Assembly: GCA_040900055.1 (NCBI GenBank) | Contig: JBBDZU010000007.1 | Location: 104,435 to 168,434 of the forward strand | Source: Candidatus Saccharimonadales bacterium | Lineage (GTDB): Bacteria; Patescibacteriota; Saccharimonadia; Saccharimonadales; UBA10212 | Length of the DNA stretch: 64,000 bases | Direction: 5' to 3' | Shown here: positions 36,754 to 46,142 of the stretch, piece by piece | How the letters are laid out: every line of letters starts with the position of its first letter | How positions within the stretch are numbered: position 1 is the stretch's first letter | Notes under the pieces: generated by a model | What the model saw: only the letters and a program-made list of their open reading frames with translations | What the model was told of the DNA's origin: nothing | Database searches by the model: none | Program-made: the position numbers and the translations under genes

Positions 36754-37293
36754 ATGGCGCTAAGTAAACATCTGACCGACACCAGTCTGTACACCTGGGC
36801 GATGTTGCGAATAGGTTTAGGAGCTATATTTTTGTGGGCTTTCTTAGACAAATTATTTGGACTGGGCTTCGCTACATGTCGTGATGCAGTGACAGACGTA
36901 GTCAGCGTCGGCTGTTCAGCGGCATGGCTTTATGGCGGCTCGCCTACCGAAGGATTCTTACAATTCGCTACCAAGGGGCCCTTTGCTGACTTCTACCAGA
37001 GTTTAGCCGGGCTCGCGTGGGTAGATTGGCTGTTTATGCTCGGATTAGCTGGCATCGGCACCGGACTCCTGTTAGGGATAGCTGTTAGACTAGTCGCCGT
37101 GGCTGGGATCATGTTAATGCTTCTGATGTGGAGCTCGCTGCTGTGGCCTAGTAATAATCCAGTCATTGATGAGCATGTCATCTATGCGTTAGTTTTGGCG
37201 GGCATATTCGTGACTGCTCAACATCAGAAATGGAGCTTGCGTAGACACTGGCTGAAGCTTGATATCGTTCAACGCCTCCGATTTTTACAATAA
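36754..37293 (+). CDS. DoxX-family membrane protein
   Basis: LRIGLGAIFLWAFLDKLFG and a four-TM pattern. The start could be 36715. Confidence 0.6.
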   Translation: MALSKHLTDTSLYTWAMLRIGLGAIFLWAFLDKLFGLGFATCRDAVTDVVSVGCSAAWLYGGSPTEGFLQFATKGPFADFYQSLAGLAWVDWLFMLGLAGIGTGLLLGIAVRLVAVAGIMLMLLMWSSLLWPSNNPVIDEHVIYALVLAGIFVTAQHQKWSLRRHWLKLDIVQRLRFLQ

Positions 37294-37299
37294 AGCTAG

Positions 37300-38961
37300 C
37301 TATTCATACTTTCGACGAATGTGAGACATGGAGAAGCTCCAATTAGCATCGGTTTTTTTGTGAGGGTTAAAGATACCGGCTGGGTCAAAAATCTGTTTTG
37401 TTTGCCGAAACAGGTTTAATGTATCTTCGCCATACATTTGAGCCAGCCAGGGTCCGCGCACCAATCCATCGTTGTGCTCGCCGGACAAGCTGCCACCATA
37501 GGACAACACCAGCTCGTTAACCTCGCGCATTACCGGTTCCAGCTTAGCTCGTTCCGTAGCTTTATCTAACTCCATAAGCGGAATGACATGAAAATTGCCA
37601 TCGCCCATATGACCTGCGATAGTAGCCATTAATTTGTATTTCTTTATGATCTGGCGCAGCCTTGGCAAGAAATCGATGAGGTGTTCTGGAGGCACCACCA
37701 CATCGTCTATAAATGGAGCCGTATGCTTGTCCTTTACTTTCTTACGCAGTAAATTAAAGCTTTCGCGCCGCATAATTCTATACTTCCAGGCTTTGGCTTC
37801 AGTGGAATCTTCCTCCAGAGCCATTAGGTTGTATGGCTCCAGAAGCTGCCTCATTTTATGGACTTTTCGACCTACCTCATCGCCAGTCTGGCCTGTAAAT
37901 TCGATTAACAACACTAGCTTAGGGATACCGCTAAGTAGTAAAAATGCGTCGGGCAAAAGCTGGATCCCCAGCTTGATCAATCTCCACCAGCCAATGGTCT
38001 TTCTGAAATAAGGGAAGAACTTAATCGACAAACTTAATGTGTAATTGTCGAATGATTCAAAACTCGATGGCTTTTGGGCTAGAGCTGTGTTAATAAGTTC
38101 GCCTAGTCTATTAAAATCTTTCATAAAGACTACTAGCACTCCAGAGTGAGGTTTGTCTTTAACTAACTTAAAACCAACACTGGAAATTAGTCCTAATGTA
38201 CCCTGGGCGCCTATAAAGAGCTTAGTGAGATCAAATATTCCGGTCTCACGGTTCCAGACATCCCAAAGATTATAGCCCGTGGAGTTTTTAGTAACCTTTG
38301 GTTTAGCGGCCTTAATAGCTTCGTAGTTTTTATCTACGAGCTCAAAAGTCTCCCGGTAAACCTGGCCTTCATATGTCTTTAGTACTCTTTTAGCAGCCAG
38401 CTGTTTACGGTTTAGGGCTTGGAGGCGGTAAAGTTGCCCATCGGCTAACACCACATCTAAATGCCGCACAAAATTCCCGGTTTTGCCATATTCCAGAGAT
38501 TTCTCGCCGCCAGCATTATTAGCTACCATGCCACCGATGGTAGCTATTTCGCGGCTGGCAGGGAAGGAAGGCAAGAGCGCCTGGTGCTTTAGGCTTTCTT
38601 TCTCGAAATTCCTATAAAATACACCGGACTGGGCGATAGCAGAAGTCATGCTTACACCCTCCATTTGATTAAAGTAGCGGCTAAAATCAACAATCACGGA
38701 ATCGTTAATAGGGCCACCGGACATGCAGGTTCCGCCGCCGCGAGCTGTCAAAGAAAGACCTGGAATCTTGCTCCTGCAAATATTAGTCACCCCAACCAAT
38801 CGCTTCAAGTCTTCGTTATTTTTGGGAAAGACTACTAGCTTAGGTTCTACCTCAAAAAGTGAAGCGTCGTGGCTATAAAAGTCACGGCTAGCTTCGGTAG
38901 AGTCGATGTCACCCTCAAAGCCAGCTTTTGCTAGAGCCTCCGCAAACACATCTATTGTCAT
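37300..38961 (-). CDS. FAD-linked oxidase (GlcD / D-lactate dehydrogenase family)
   Basis: FAD_binding_4 motif GGMVANNAGGEKSLEYGKTGNFV plus a C-terminal oxidase domain. ATG 38961 is chosen and the TTG 39009 alternative rejected. Confidence 0.7.
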   Translation of the reverse strand: MTIDVFAEALAKAGFEGDIDSTEASRDFYSHDASLFEVEPKLVVFPKNNEDLKRLVGVTNICRSKIPGLSLTARGGGTCMSGGPINDSVIVDFSRYFNQMEGVSMTSAIAQSGVFYRNFEKESLKHQALLPSFPASREIATIGGMVANNAGGEKSLEYGKTGNFVRHLDVVLADGQLYRLQALNRKQLAAKRVLKTYEGQVYRETFELVDKNYEAIKAAKPKVTKNSTGYNLWDVWNRETGIFDLTKLFIGAQGTLGLISSVGFKLVKDKPHSGVLVVFMKDFNRLGELINTALAQKPSSFESFDNYTLSLSIKFFPYFRKTIGWWRLIKLGIQLLPDAFLLLSGIPKLVLLIEFTGQTGDEVGRKVHKMRQLLEPYNLMALEEDSTEAKAWKYRIMRRESFNLLRKKVKDKHTAPFIDDVVVPPEHLIDFLPRLRQIIKKYKLMATIAGHMGDGNFHVIPLMELDKATERAKLEPVMREVNELVLSYGGSLSGEHNDGLVRGPWLAQMYGEDTLNLFRQTKQIFDPAGIFNPHKKTDANWSFSMSHIRRKYE

Positions 38962-39034
38962 TACCCTTAAGCTTACTGTAGTAAAAAGTGCCGCGCAAGT
39001 AGCCGCCAAGTCCCCGAATTGTTATATTTGAGAC

Positions 39035-39952
39035 GTGAAACAATACCTGGAACTTCTTGCTGACATTAAACAAAACGGCACAAAAAAAAGTGATCGCACC
39101 GGCGTAGGAACACTAAGCGTTTTTGGGAGGCAGATGCGTTTCGACCTGTCGGCTGGCTTTCCGGCTGTAACGACTAAAAAGCTGTTTATGCGGGGTATTA
39201 TTCACGAATTGATTTGGTTTTTACAAGGCTCTACTAACATTAAATATTTAGTGGATAATGACGTGCATATTTGGGACGAGTGGCCTTATAAAGCCTACCT
39301 AATTAAGAATGCCAAAAAAGTACCGGAGGCGGGGAGTGACGAATGGAACAAAGGTATAACTGAGTTTACCAATATGATTAAATCTGACGCTCAGTTTGCC
39401 AAAGAAAACGGCGAGCTTGGGCCAGTCTACGGATATCAGTGGCGCAGCTGGCCTACTCCAGACGGTAGACACATAGATCAAATTAAGGCTGCCATTGATA
39501 CAATCAAAACCAAGCCAGACTCCCGCCGAATTATAGTTTCTGCCTGGAACGTGGCCGATATAGACGAAATGGCCAAAGCTGGCCTGCCGTCATGCCATAC
39601 ATTCTTTCAATTTTATGTAAATGACGGCAAACTATCCTGCCAGCTTTATCAGCGCAGTGCCGATACTTTCTTAGGAGTGCCATTTAATATTGCTTCTTAT
39701 GCGCTACTTACAATGATGATTGCCCAAATTACTGATCTGGAACCGGGAGATTTTGTACATACTTTTGGCGATACCCATATTTACTTAAATCACTTGGAAC
39801 AAGTTAAACTCCAGTTGTCTCGCAAACCCAAAAAATTACCAACAATGAAATTAAACCCGGGCGTCAAGAATATCGACGATTTTAAGTTCGAGGACTTTGA
39901 ATTAACGGACTATGACCCGTACCCAGCCATCTGGGCGCCCATAGCGGTTTAG
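39035..39952 (+). CDS. thyA: Thymidylate synthase ThyA
   Basis: CHTFFQFYV...[23 protein letters not shown] shows near-textbook ThyA motifs. GTG start. Confidence 0.9.
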   Translation: MKQYLELLADIKQNGTKKSDRTGVGTLSVFGRQMRFDLSAGFPAVTTKKLFMRGIIHELIWFLQGSTNIKYLVDNDVHIWDEWPYKAYLIKNAKKVPEAGSDEWNKGITEFTNMIKSDAQFAKENGELGPVYGYQWRSWPTPDGRHIDQIKAAIDTIKTKPDSRRIIVSAWNVADIDEMAKAGLPSCHTFFQFYVNDGKLSCQLYQRSADTFLGVPFNIASYALLTMMIAQITDLEPGDFVHTFGDTHIYLNHLEQVKLQLSRKPKKLPTMKLNPGVKNIDDFKFEDFELTDYDPYPAIWAPIAV

Positions 39953-40446
39953 TGATGATCTCTATAATAGTAGCGACGGCCGAAAACGGTGTTATTGGTA
40001 AATCTGGCGGGCTACCGTGGTATTTGCCCGCAGAATTAGCCTACTTTAAAAAAACTACTATGCGTCATCCAATCATAATGGGCCGAAGGACTTACGAGTC
40101 AATTGGGCGAGCACTGCCTGGGCGAACAAACATTGTCATAACGCACGACAAAACCTACGAAGCAGAAGGCTGTATAGTGATCGACTCGCTAGAGAAAGCA
40201 ATCGAGAAAGCAAAAAAATCGGAGGGCTCTGACGAGATATTTATTATTGGCGGCGAGTCGGTATATAAAGAGGCCTTGCCTCTAGCTGGACGTCTTTATT
40301 TAACAAAGGTTAAGGCTACGATCGATGGTGATAAATTTTTTAAGTACAATCCAGCCAACTGGAAACAAGTAATTAGTGAGAAGCATTCCTCCAACGAGAA
40401 AAACTCCTACGAATATGATTTCACTGTCTGTCAGCGAATTAGCTAG
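39952..40446 (+). CDS. folA: Dihydrofolate reductase
   Basis: IVATAENGVIGKSGGLPWYLPAELAYFKKTT...IIMGRRTYESIG. Confidence 0.85.
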   Translation: MMISIIVATAENGVIGKSGGLPWYLPAELAYFKKTTMRHPIIMGRRTYESIGRALPGRTNIVITHDKTYEAEGCIVIDSLEKAIEKAKKSEGSDEIFIIGGESVYKEALPLAGRLYLTKVKATIDGDKFFKYNPANWKQVISEKHSSNEKNSYEYDFTVCQRIS

Positions 40447-40473
40447 TTCCTCGCATGGTGTAGAATACTAAAA

Positions 40474-41094
40474 ATGAGTAGAACTAATAGGGCTGACCTG
40501 GAATATAGCGATTATATTGGTGCTAGGCCTGCTGTAAGTCAGCTTGGGGTTACTGGACTCTCTATTTCTAGAGGTTTTGATGTAAATCTCCTAGCAGATG
40601 CCCACCAGCTTCTTGCAGAGCAGTTTCCAGAAGCGTTAATAAGAGAGACAAGCAGGAGTCTCGAGAAGCCTCCTGCCGTAAATCTGTTAGAGGCCAACGA
40701 AGTAAAAAGACAAAAAAATATAGGCAATATTGCAGTTCAAGACGCGGTCGATAAACTCTACGACGAAGTCTACAGCCTCCGCCAGAACATTCCGGCCGCA
40801 CCATCACGAATCCTATTTCTTGGAAGAGCAGCATCCAGGAATCAAGTAATGACGGTTGTTTTTGATGCTGGCACTGAAGAGGCTTTGGTCGCTGAGCGTA
40901 AGGAAATTCTTGATTCTTTAGAGGGTATGGCTGAAGTAGAGTATGAATATAGCTGGATAAGGAAAAAGATTCCACATATCACCTTGGCGCGTCTGGGGCT
41001 TAACCAGGTAGCTGTTGTAGGCCCTAAGACACGCAAAGAGATAATGCGCAGTTTGCCTGAATCAATAGTCCTTAATAAAGCATCCTTTTCGTAA
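40474..41094 (+). CDS. Hypothetical protein (single HxT motif; possible degenerate 2H-phosphoesterase-like)
   Basis: Clean ORF 27 nt after folA. Carries HITLARL near the C-terminus. No confident family. Confidence 0.45.
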   Translation: MSRTNRADLEYSDYIGARPAVSQLGVTGLSISRGFDVNLLADAHQLLAEQFPEALIRETSRSLEKPPAVNLLEANEVKRQKNIGNIAVQDAVDKLYDEVYSLRQNIPAAPSRILFLGRAASRNQVMTVVFDAGTEEALVAERKEILDSLEGMAEVEYEYSWIRKKIPHITLARLGLNQVAVVGPKTRKEIMRSLPESIVLNKASFS

Positions 41095-41152
41095 ACGGCG
41101 TTTAGTAAAAAGCACACTGTAGTCTCTGTATCTATAAGGCTATAATTTCTTT

Positions 41153-42253
41153 ATGGCGTTTATCAAAAATCGTAGCCGTGGATTTGGCTTACTCGGTGTA
41201 GTCATAGTGTTGGGCGTGATTACCGCAGTTAGTTTGGCTTTTTGGTATGTCCAGAAAGAGACCGCAAAAGAGAAGCAGCTAAAAATAACTACCGAAGTCG
41301 TAGCTAAGAAGCTAGCTGTCCCCTGGGAAATTGCCTTTTTACCAGCTGGCGATATGTTAATCACCGAACGCCGAGGGACTCTAAAGCGTATCGGCACAGG
41401 TACCCAAATTTATAACGTTAGTGGTGTGGAGCATATTGGCGAGGGCGGGCTACTTGGACTGGCCCTGCACCCTAACTTCGAAGATAACCGCCTGCTTTAC
41501 CTATACCTGACGACTCGCTCTGGTGACGATTTAATAAACCGCGCCGAGCGCTACCGCCTAACAGATGATCAACTGACCGAAAAAACGGTTATTATCAGCG
41601 ATATACCAGGAGCGGCTAATCACGACGGTGGCCGATTAGCCTTTGGGCCAGACGGTATGCTTTACATAACCACCGGCGATGCCGGCCAGCCACAGCTAGC
41701 CCAAGACAAGAATTCTTTAGCCGGAAAAATATTAAGATTAACGGACAACGGACGTGTGCCAGCAAGCAACCCGCTTGGTAGTGCTGTATATAGCTTAGGG
41801 CATCGAAACCCCCAAGGATTAGCTTGGGATAACAAAGGCCAACTCTGGGCTACAGAGCACGGACAATCCGCCTATGACGAAGTTAATCTTATTAAGCCAG
41901 GTGGCAATTATGGCTGGCCGATTATTCAAGGCGACGAAACTCAAGCTGGCATGACCGGGCCAATCGCTCACTCTGGACCGAACGAGACTTGGGCTCCCTC
42001 TGGAATGGCCTTTGCTGATGGCTCGTTGTTTTTTAGCGGGCTCCGCGGCAAAACACTATACAAAGCTAAGCTAAATCCTGATAACAGCCTTGCAATCTCA
42101 AGTCACTATTCGGGTGAGTTTGGACGGCTGCGGGCTGTGGTTGTCGGACCAAATGACAACCTTTACATCAGTACCAGCAACACTGATGGTCGAGGGGACA
42201 TAATTTCTGACGATGACCGTATCATCCGTCTAAGACTGGAGCTCTTCCGTTAA
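41153..42253 (+). CDS. PQQ-dependent sugar dehydrogenase (GSDH / sorbosone dehydrogenase family), membrane-anchored
   Basis: NHDGGRLAFGPDGMLYITTGD and GGNYGWP motifs, with an N-terminal TM helix. Confidence 0.75.
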   Translation: MAFIKNRSRGFGLLGVVIVLGVITAVSLAFWYVQKETAKEKQLKITTEVVAKKLAVPWEIAFLPAGDMLITERRGTLKRIGTGTQIYNVSGVEHIGEGGLLGLALHPNFEDNRLLYLYLTTRSGDDLINRAERYRLTDDQLTEKTVIISDIPGAANHDGGRLAFGPDGMLYITTGDAGQPQLAQDKNSLAGKILRLTDNGRVPASNPLGSAVYSLGHRNPQGLAWDNKGQLWATEHGQSAYDEVNLIKPGGNYGWPIIQGDETQAGMTGPIAHSGPNETWAPSGMAFADGSLFFSGLRGKTLYKAKLNPDNSLAISSHYSGEFGRLRAVVVGPNDNLYISTSNTDGRGDIISDDDRIIRLRLELFR

Positions 42254-42990
42254 CGTAGTCGTTGTTCTAAGTTGCCAATAGGCGCATACCAACCACTGTC
42301 TAGCACGTAGGTCTGAATTTTCTTATCAATCCCTAGAAGAATTACCAAACCGACTAATATAAATATTACCCCCGCAGTTAGTCGAAGCTTGCCACGAGGG
42401 TTGCTCAGCCACCCTAAGCGCCGCACAAAAGCCTGGCCGGCAAAAGCAATAATCAAAAGCATGAGCGCTAGCCCTAGGGCATAGGCTACTAAATAACTTA
42501 GTCCCGTAAAAAAGGATACCGGCAAAATAGCCGCTACTATCAAAGCGTAGGTAGGGCTGCAGCTATTAAAGACTGGCCCTAGCGACGAACCTATCAAGAC
42601 GTCGCGGCCCCAGCCCTGCCGTTGCGAAGAAGAAGCTAACAATTGGCTGGATCCCACAGCCAAGCCGGATTTTAACGCTAACTTTCCCCATAGTCGTGGC
42701 CATAGATAAGTTAAGCCTAGGATTATTATGATAGTCCCAGAGACTACCTGCCAAAACACCGAAGAAACCCCCAGTAATAAAGTAGTGGCTTTTAGGAGTA
42801 AGCCAAAAACAATAACTGATATGGCTAAGCTAGCCGTAATGACGACTGGATGCAACCAGCTTCGAGCAGATTTGTCGCTATTGGTGACTCCCGACAGTGA
42901 GCCTCCGACTATAACCGGCAAAAGCGGCAAAATGCAGGGAGCAGCTACCGTAAAGCCTCCGGCTATAAACGACAAAATTATCAAGCTCAT
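42250..42990 (-). CDS. ccdA: Cytochrome c-type biogenesis protein CcdA / DsbD transmembrane domain
   Basis: Six-TM protein with conserved Cys in TM1 (AAPCILPLLP) and the C-terminal half. Confidence 0.75.
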   Translation of the reverse strand: MSLIILSFIAGGFTVAAPCILPLLPVIVGGSLSGVTNSDKSARSWLHPVVITASLAISVIVFGLLLKATTLLLGVSSVFWQVVSGTIIIILGLTYLWPRLWGKLALKSGLAVGSSQLLASSSQRQGWGRDVLIGSSLGPVFNSCSPTYALIVAAILPVSFFTGLSYLVAYALGLALMLLIIAFAGQAFVRRLGWLSNPRGKLRLTAGVIFILVGLVILLGIDKKIQTYVLDSGWYAPIGNLEQRLR

Positions 42991-42995
42991 AGATT

Positions 42996-43430
42996 CTAAA
43001 GAAGATTAAGTTTTAGATTTTCCAGCGTTGGTTCATCATAGGCCACATATTTTTCGACCAAATTGCCGTTGTCGTCCACTTTGACTAAGGTAGTTTGAAT
43101 GGTCACGCCGTATTTTTGGCGCAGTTCTTGGTTTGAATCGTAATCTACTTTAATAACCGTTACTCCGTTTGGAATAGTGCCGGATAAAATGCTGCGCTCC
43201 AGTTGACGACACTGCGGACACCATGAGGCATGAAAAAACAGAATTTTAGTTCCAGCGGTTTGGGCAATGACGTCGTCACTATATTCTACATATTGGGCTT
43301 GACTGGCTGAGATGGGTTTAGGGCCCGTCGGATTTTGGTTGGTTGGTCTATTTTGATCCTTATTACTCAGGAGAGTAAAGCCAACCAGTGCCAACATCGC
43401 TACAGCGATAAGAGGAAGCCATTTTTTCAT
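42996..43430 (-). CDS. Thioredoxin-fold thiol-disulfide oxidoreductase (TlpA/ResA-like), membrane-anchored
   Basis: WCPQC active site and an N-terminal signal or TM anchor. Confidence 0.75.
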   Translation of the reverse strand: MKKWLPLIAVAMLALVGFTLLSNKDQNRPTNQNPTGPKPISASQAQYVEYSDDVIAQTAGTKILFFHASWCPQCRQLERSILSGTIPNGVTVIKVDYDSNQELRQKYGVTIQTTLVKVDDNGNLVEKYVAYDEPTLENLKLNLL

Positions 43431-43494
43431 TGCAAGCTAATTATATAGGACAAGAGCACTAAGCACTTAAGCTTGCATTAAACTGCTTAGCAGT
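43431..43494. promoter_or_regulatory. Divergent intergenic region with 8-bp inverted repeat and a 13-bp palindrome
   Basis: TGCAAGCT (43431-43438) pairs with AGCTTGCA (43470-43477), and ACTGCTTAGCAGT is a palindrome (43482-43494). Confidence 0.3.
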
Positions 43495-43511
43495 AGTAAG
43501 TTATCAATCAG

Positions 43512-43913
43512 ATGAGCGAGCGATATCTAGACAACGAAAACTTTGCCGATACCGAAAATGATGCCATAAAGGATCCGAGTCTTAGGCCTGCATACAGAAA
43601 CGAGCGTGTAGCTAAAATAAAGGCTGGCGAAGAAACATGGATGCTGCGCAATTTTGACGGACCAAGCGATATGGAGCCCGGAATCATAATCGATTATTAC
43701 GCCGGCGGCCGTCACTGCGGTTACATAGATGGTGATGATCAAGAGGGCTGGTTCATGTATGGGCGAGACATTGGTGATGAGCAAGAGGAGCAATCGCAGC
43801 TAACTGACCCTCCAACGATCATTCAACTTAATACCGAACCTGTTGCCTACAGGAGCGAAGCCCAAAGGCGACTAAGCGACTACGTCAAAGAGACTATCTT
43901 AAAATTTAACTAA
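43512..43913 (+). CDS. Hypothetical acidic protein
   Basis: Clean 133-aa ORF with no recognisable family. Confidence 0.45.
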   Translation: MSERYLDNENFADTENDAIKDPSLRPAYRNERVAKIKAGEETWMLRNFDGPSDMEPGIIIDYYAGGRHCGYIDGDDQEGWFMYGRDIGDEQEEQSQLTDPPTIIQLNTEPVAYRSEAQRRLSDYVKETILKFN

Positions 43914-43952
43914 GATCCTAGCTAAGACTCTACTCGAAGTTGGGGTAGTAGC

Positions 43953-44603
43953 TTATCTTTTGGTTCGAAGGTAGTTAATCCACCAGATCTTTTTGCTAGT
44001 GAATAGTAAATCGTAAAGGTTGACTGCTAGCAAACCACCCACTAGTGGTCCAAGGATGTATAGCCAGCTACCATTGTTCTGGCCTAGGGCAATTGCTGGA
44101 TTAATGTAAGCCGCTGTAGCTGTAGCCGCTACCATAACGCCGACAAATAATGAGGCTCCGTAAGTTAAGGCAGAGTGTAAAACATCTACCGTACGAGAGA
44201 CAGCTGCTGTAAAGCCAAGAACTAAAACAAAGGCTCCAACCACTTCGGCTACGAACATTGGCCAGCTAAAAGTGGCTGCCTTGGAAGCAATGGAATGGTC
44301 AGTAAAGTATTGGTACAAGAGCAGTGCGCCCAAACCACCCAAGACTTGGGCGGCAATGTAGGCCAAACCTGGAATCGTTCTAATACGGCGGGCCGTCCAT
44401 AGCCCAAAGGTAACAGCCGGGTTAAGATGTGCCCCAGAAACCGGAGCAAAAATAGTGTACGCGGCTATTAGCGTGATAGCTAGGCTAGTCGCTACAAAGT
44501 ATGAAACCGATGTCGTTTCACTTAGCACCAATGCAATCATTACCAGCAGGCCGGCGCCTAAAAACTCGGCGGCCAGCTGACCTAATCTGCCTCTTGTTAA
44601 CAT
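43953..44603 (-). CDS. Aquaporin / MIP-family channel
   Basis: Two NPA boxes (SGAHLNPAVTFG and NPAIALG). Confidence 0.85.
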   Translation of the reverse strand: MLTRGRLGQLAAEFLGAGLLVMIALVLSETTSVSYFVATSLAITLIAAYTIFAPVSGAHLNPAVTFGLWTARRIRTIPGLAYIAAQVLGGLGALLLYQYFTDHSIASKAATFSWPMFVAEVVGAFVLVLGFTAAVSRTVDVLHSALTYGASLFVGVMVAATATAAYINPAIALGQNNGSWLYILGPLVGGLLAVNLYDLLFTSKKIWWINYLRTKR

Positions 44604-44691
44604 TTTTATATCCTCCGTAAGTTAGTCTTAAGCCTCACTATAGTACGAACTACCTAAAATGCAAAGCCACCAGGCGTTTGTTAAAATATGT

Positions 44692-44943
44692 ATGATGAAC
44701 AAGCAGGCACCTAAAGTTACCGTTTACAGCGCAGTCTGGTGCGCTTACTGCCACATGGCTATGGAGTATCTAAAGAGCAAAGGCGTGGACTATAACGAAG
44801 TTGATATCGATAAGGAGCCGGCGGCCGTTAAGCAGATAGTAGCTAAAACTGGCCAAGTTGGGGTACCGGTTATCGAAATAGGTGACAAAGTTATTTTAGG
44901 GTTTAACCGCCCAGCAATCGACGAGGCTCTTAAGGCCAATTAA
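44692..44943 (+). CDS. Glutaredoxin-like protein
   Basis: VTVYSAVWCAYCHMA shows CxxC in a glutaredoxin context and the protein is about 84 aa. Confidence 0.7.
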   Translation: MMNKQAPKVTVYSAVWCAYCHMAMEYLKSKGVDYNEVDIDKEPAAVKQIVAKTGQVGVPVIEIGDKVILGFNRPAIDEALKAN

Positions 44944-45003
44944 CAGGGATAGAAAAGCGCTTAGGCTTGCTGGCAGGAGTATAATGCATACAGAGGTTTA
45001 GCT

Positions 45004-45513
45004 ATGTCAGAAGCGTTACATACAACTCCTGAGCAAGATCAACGGCCTAAGTGGTCCATCGTTGAAGGTCATTGGCCAATTACTGATTTGCCCGGTAAAG
45101 AAGAAGTAACCATCCAGCTAAATAAGCTGAAAGAGTTTAGCCATGATTTACCTGAAAGCGCCGCTCTTAAAAGTCGAGTTTCTGGTCTACTTATGTACGG
45201 TTTGAGGATATGCAGACCAGAATTATTTTACAACTCCAGTATGATTGATGCTGTTGAGAAGGATTTAGACCAAGCTACAGTGGCTTGCTCGCAGTACACA
45301 AACAGCCAGCGAGAAAGTGAACTGAAGAGATTGGCAGGTCCAGAGGTCAAGCACGATACTCCCATTGTCGCTTTTATCAACTTTGCCAGCTTACAAGATG
45401 GGGAATTCGTCGACAGAGACACAAGAGCTCTCGCAGAGGGCGTAGTTCGCTACCTTCATTTAGAACAGTCCGGCCGGAAAGACGAGCTGCCACAAGTAGT
45501 CCCCGAAGTGTAA
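45004..45513 (+). CDS. Hypothetical protein
   Basis: Clean 169-aa ORF following a TATAAT-like -10 element. No family recognised. Confidence 0.45.
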   Translation: MSEALHTTPEQDQRPKWSIVEGHWPITDLPGKEEVTIQLNKLKEFSHDLPESAALKSRVSGLLMYGLRICRPELFYNSSMIDAVEKDLDQATVACSQYTNSQRESELKRLAGPEVKHDTPIVAFINFASLQDGEFVDRDTRALAEGVVRYLHLEQSGRKDELPQVVPEV

Positions 45514-45523
45514 AATGTAGTTC

Positions 45524-46093
45524 ATGGCGTTTGAGGACTATAAGACCAAGCAGTCTGTTGTATTGGTTTACACAGGCGAGGGCAAAGGCAAGACCAGCGC
45601 CGGTGTAGGCCTAATGGCTCGGGCGCTTGGGAGCGGCTGGAAAGTAGCTTTTGTGCAGTTTATAAAACACTGGAACGTAGGCGAACACGATTTTATCCAT
45701 AAAATAGAGCCAGTTTTTGGAAAGAAACTGCTTTTTTATAAAGGCGGCAAAGGCTTCTACAACGCTGGTGAGCTATCTGCTAAAGACGTTACTCCAGCTG
45801 AGCATAAACAGGCAGCCAAAGACACTTACGATGTTGCTTTAAAGGCCGCCGCTAGCGGTAAATTTGATTTAGTTATCTGTGATGAGATTAATAATGCCCT
45901 CCACCACAAGTTGATAACTAAGAACGATGTTAAAAATTTAATAAAGTCACGGGCTTCTAAAACCAGCCTCTGTCTAACTGGCCGCAATTTTCCGGAAGCT
46001 ATGTTGCCGATGGTAGATATCGCTACCAATATGACTAAGTTGCGCCATCATTTTGATAAAAAGTTCTTGGCAAACAAAGGAATTGATTTTTAG
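45524..46093 (+). CDS. Cob(I)yrinic acid a,c-diamide / corrinoid adenosyltransferase (CobO/BtuR family)
   Basis: VLVYTGEGKGKTSAGVG P-loop, FDLVICDEINNAL and the C-terminal KGIDF all match BtuR. Confidence 0.75.
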   Translation: MAFEDYKTKQSVVLVYTGEGKGKTSAGVGLMARALGSGWKVAFVQFIKHWNVGEHDFIHKIEPVFGKKLLFYKGGKGFYNAGELSAKDVTPAEHKQAAKDTYDVALKAAASGKFDLVICDEINNALHHKLITKNDVKNLIKSRASKTSLCLTGRNFPEAMLPMVDIATNMTKLRHHFDKKFLANKGIDF

Positions 46094-46142
46094 GTCCGAC
46101 CGTTTTGTTTTAACTGCAGCAAGATTATAATCTAACCTTAGG

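Noticed and set aside
36672-36851. N-terminal 60 aa of PAP2 ORF-track call
   Set aside because: It would overlap the DoxX gene on the other strand. An internal ATG (MKKPKISV) followed directly by a hydrophobic helix is the natural start.
38962-39009. Upstream start (TTG 39009) for the FAD-linked oxidase
   Set aside because: It would leave only 25 bp for the divergent thyA promoter. ATG 38961 gives a 74-bp intergenic region.
40474-41094. Calling the 206-aa protein a 2H (LigT-like) phosphoesterase
   Set aside because: Only one HxT motif is present, and two are required. It is left as hypothetical.
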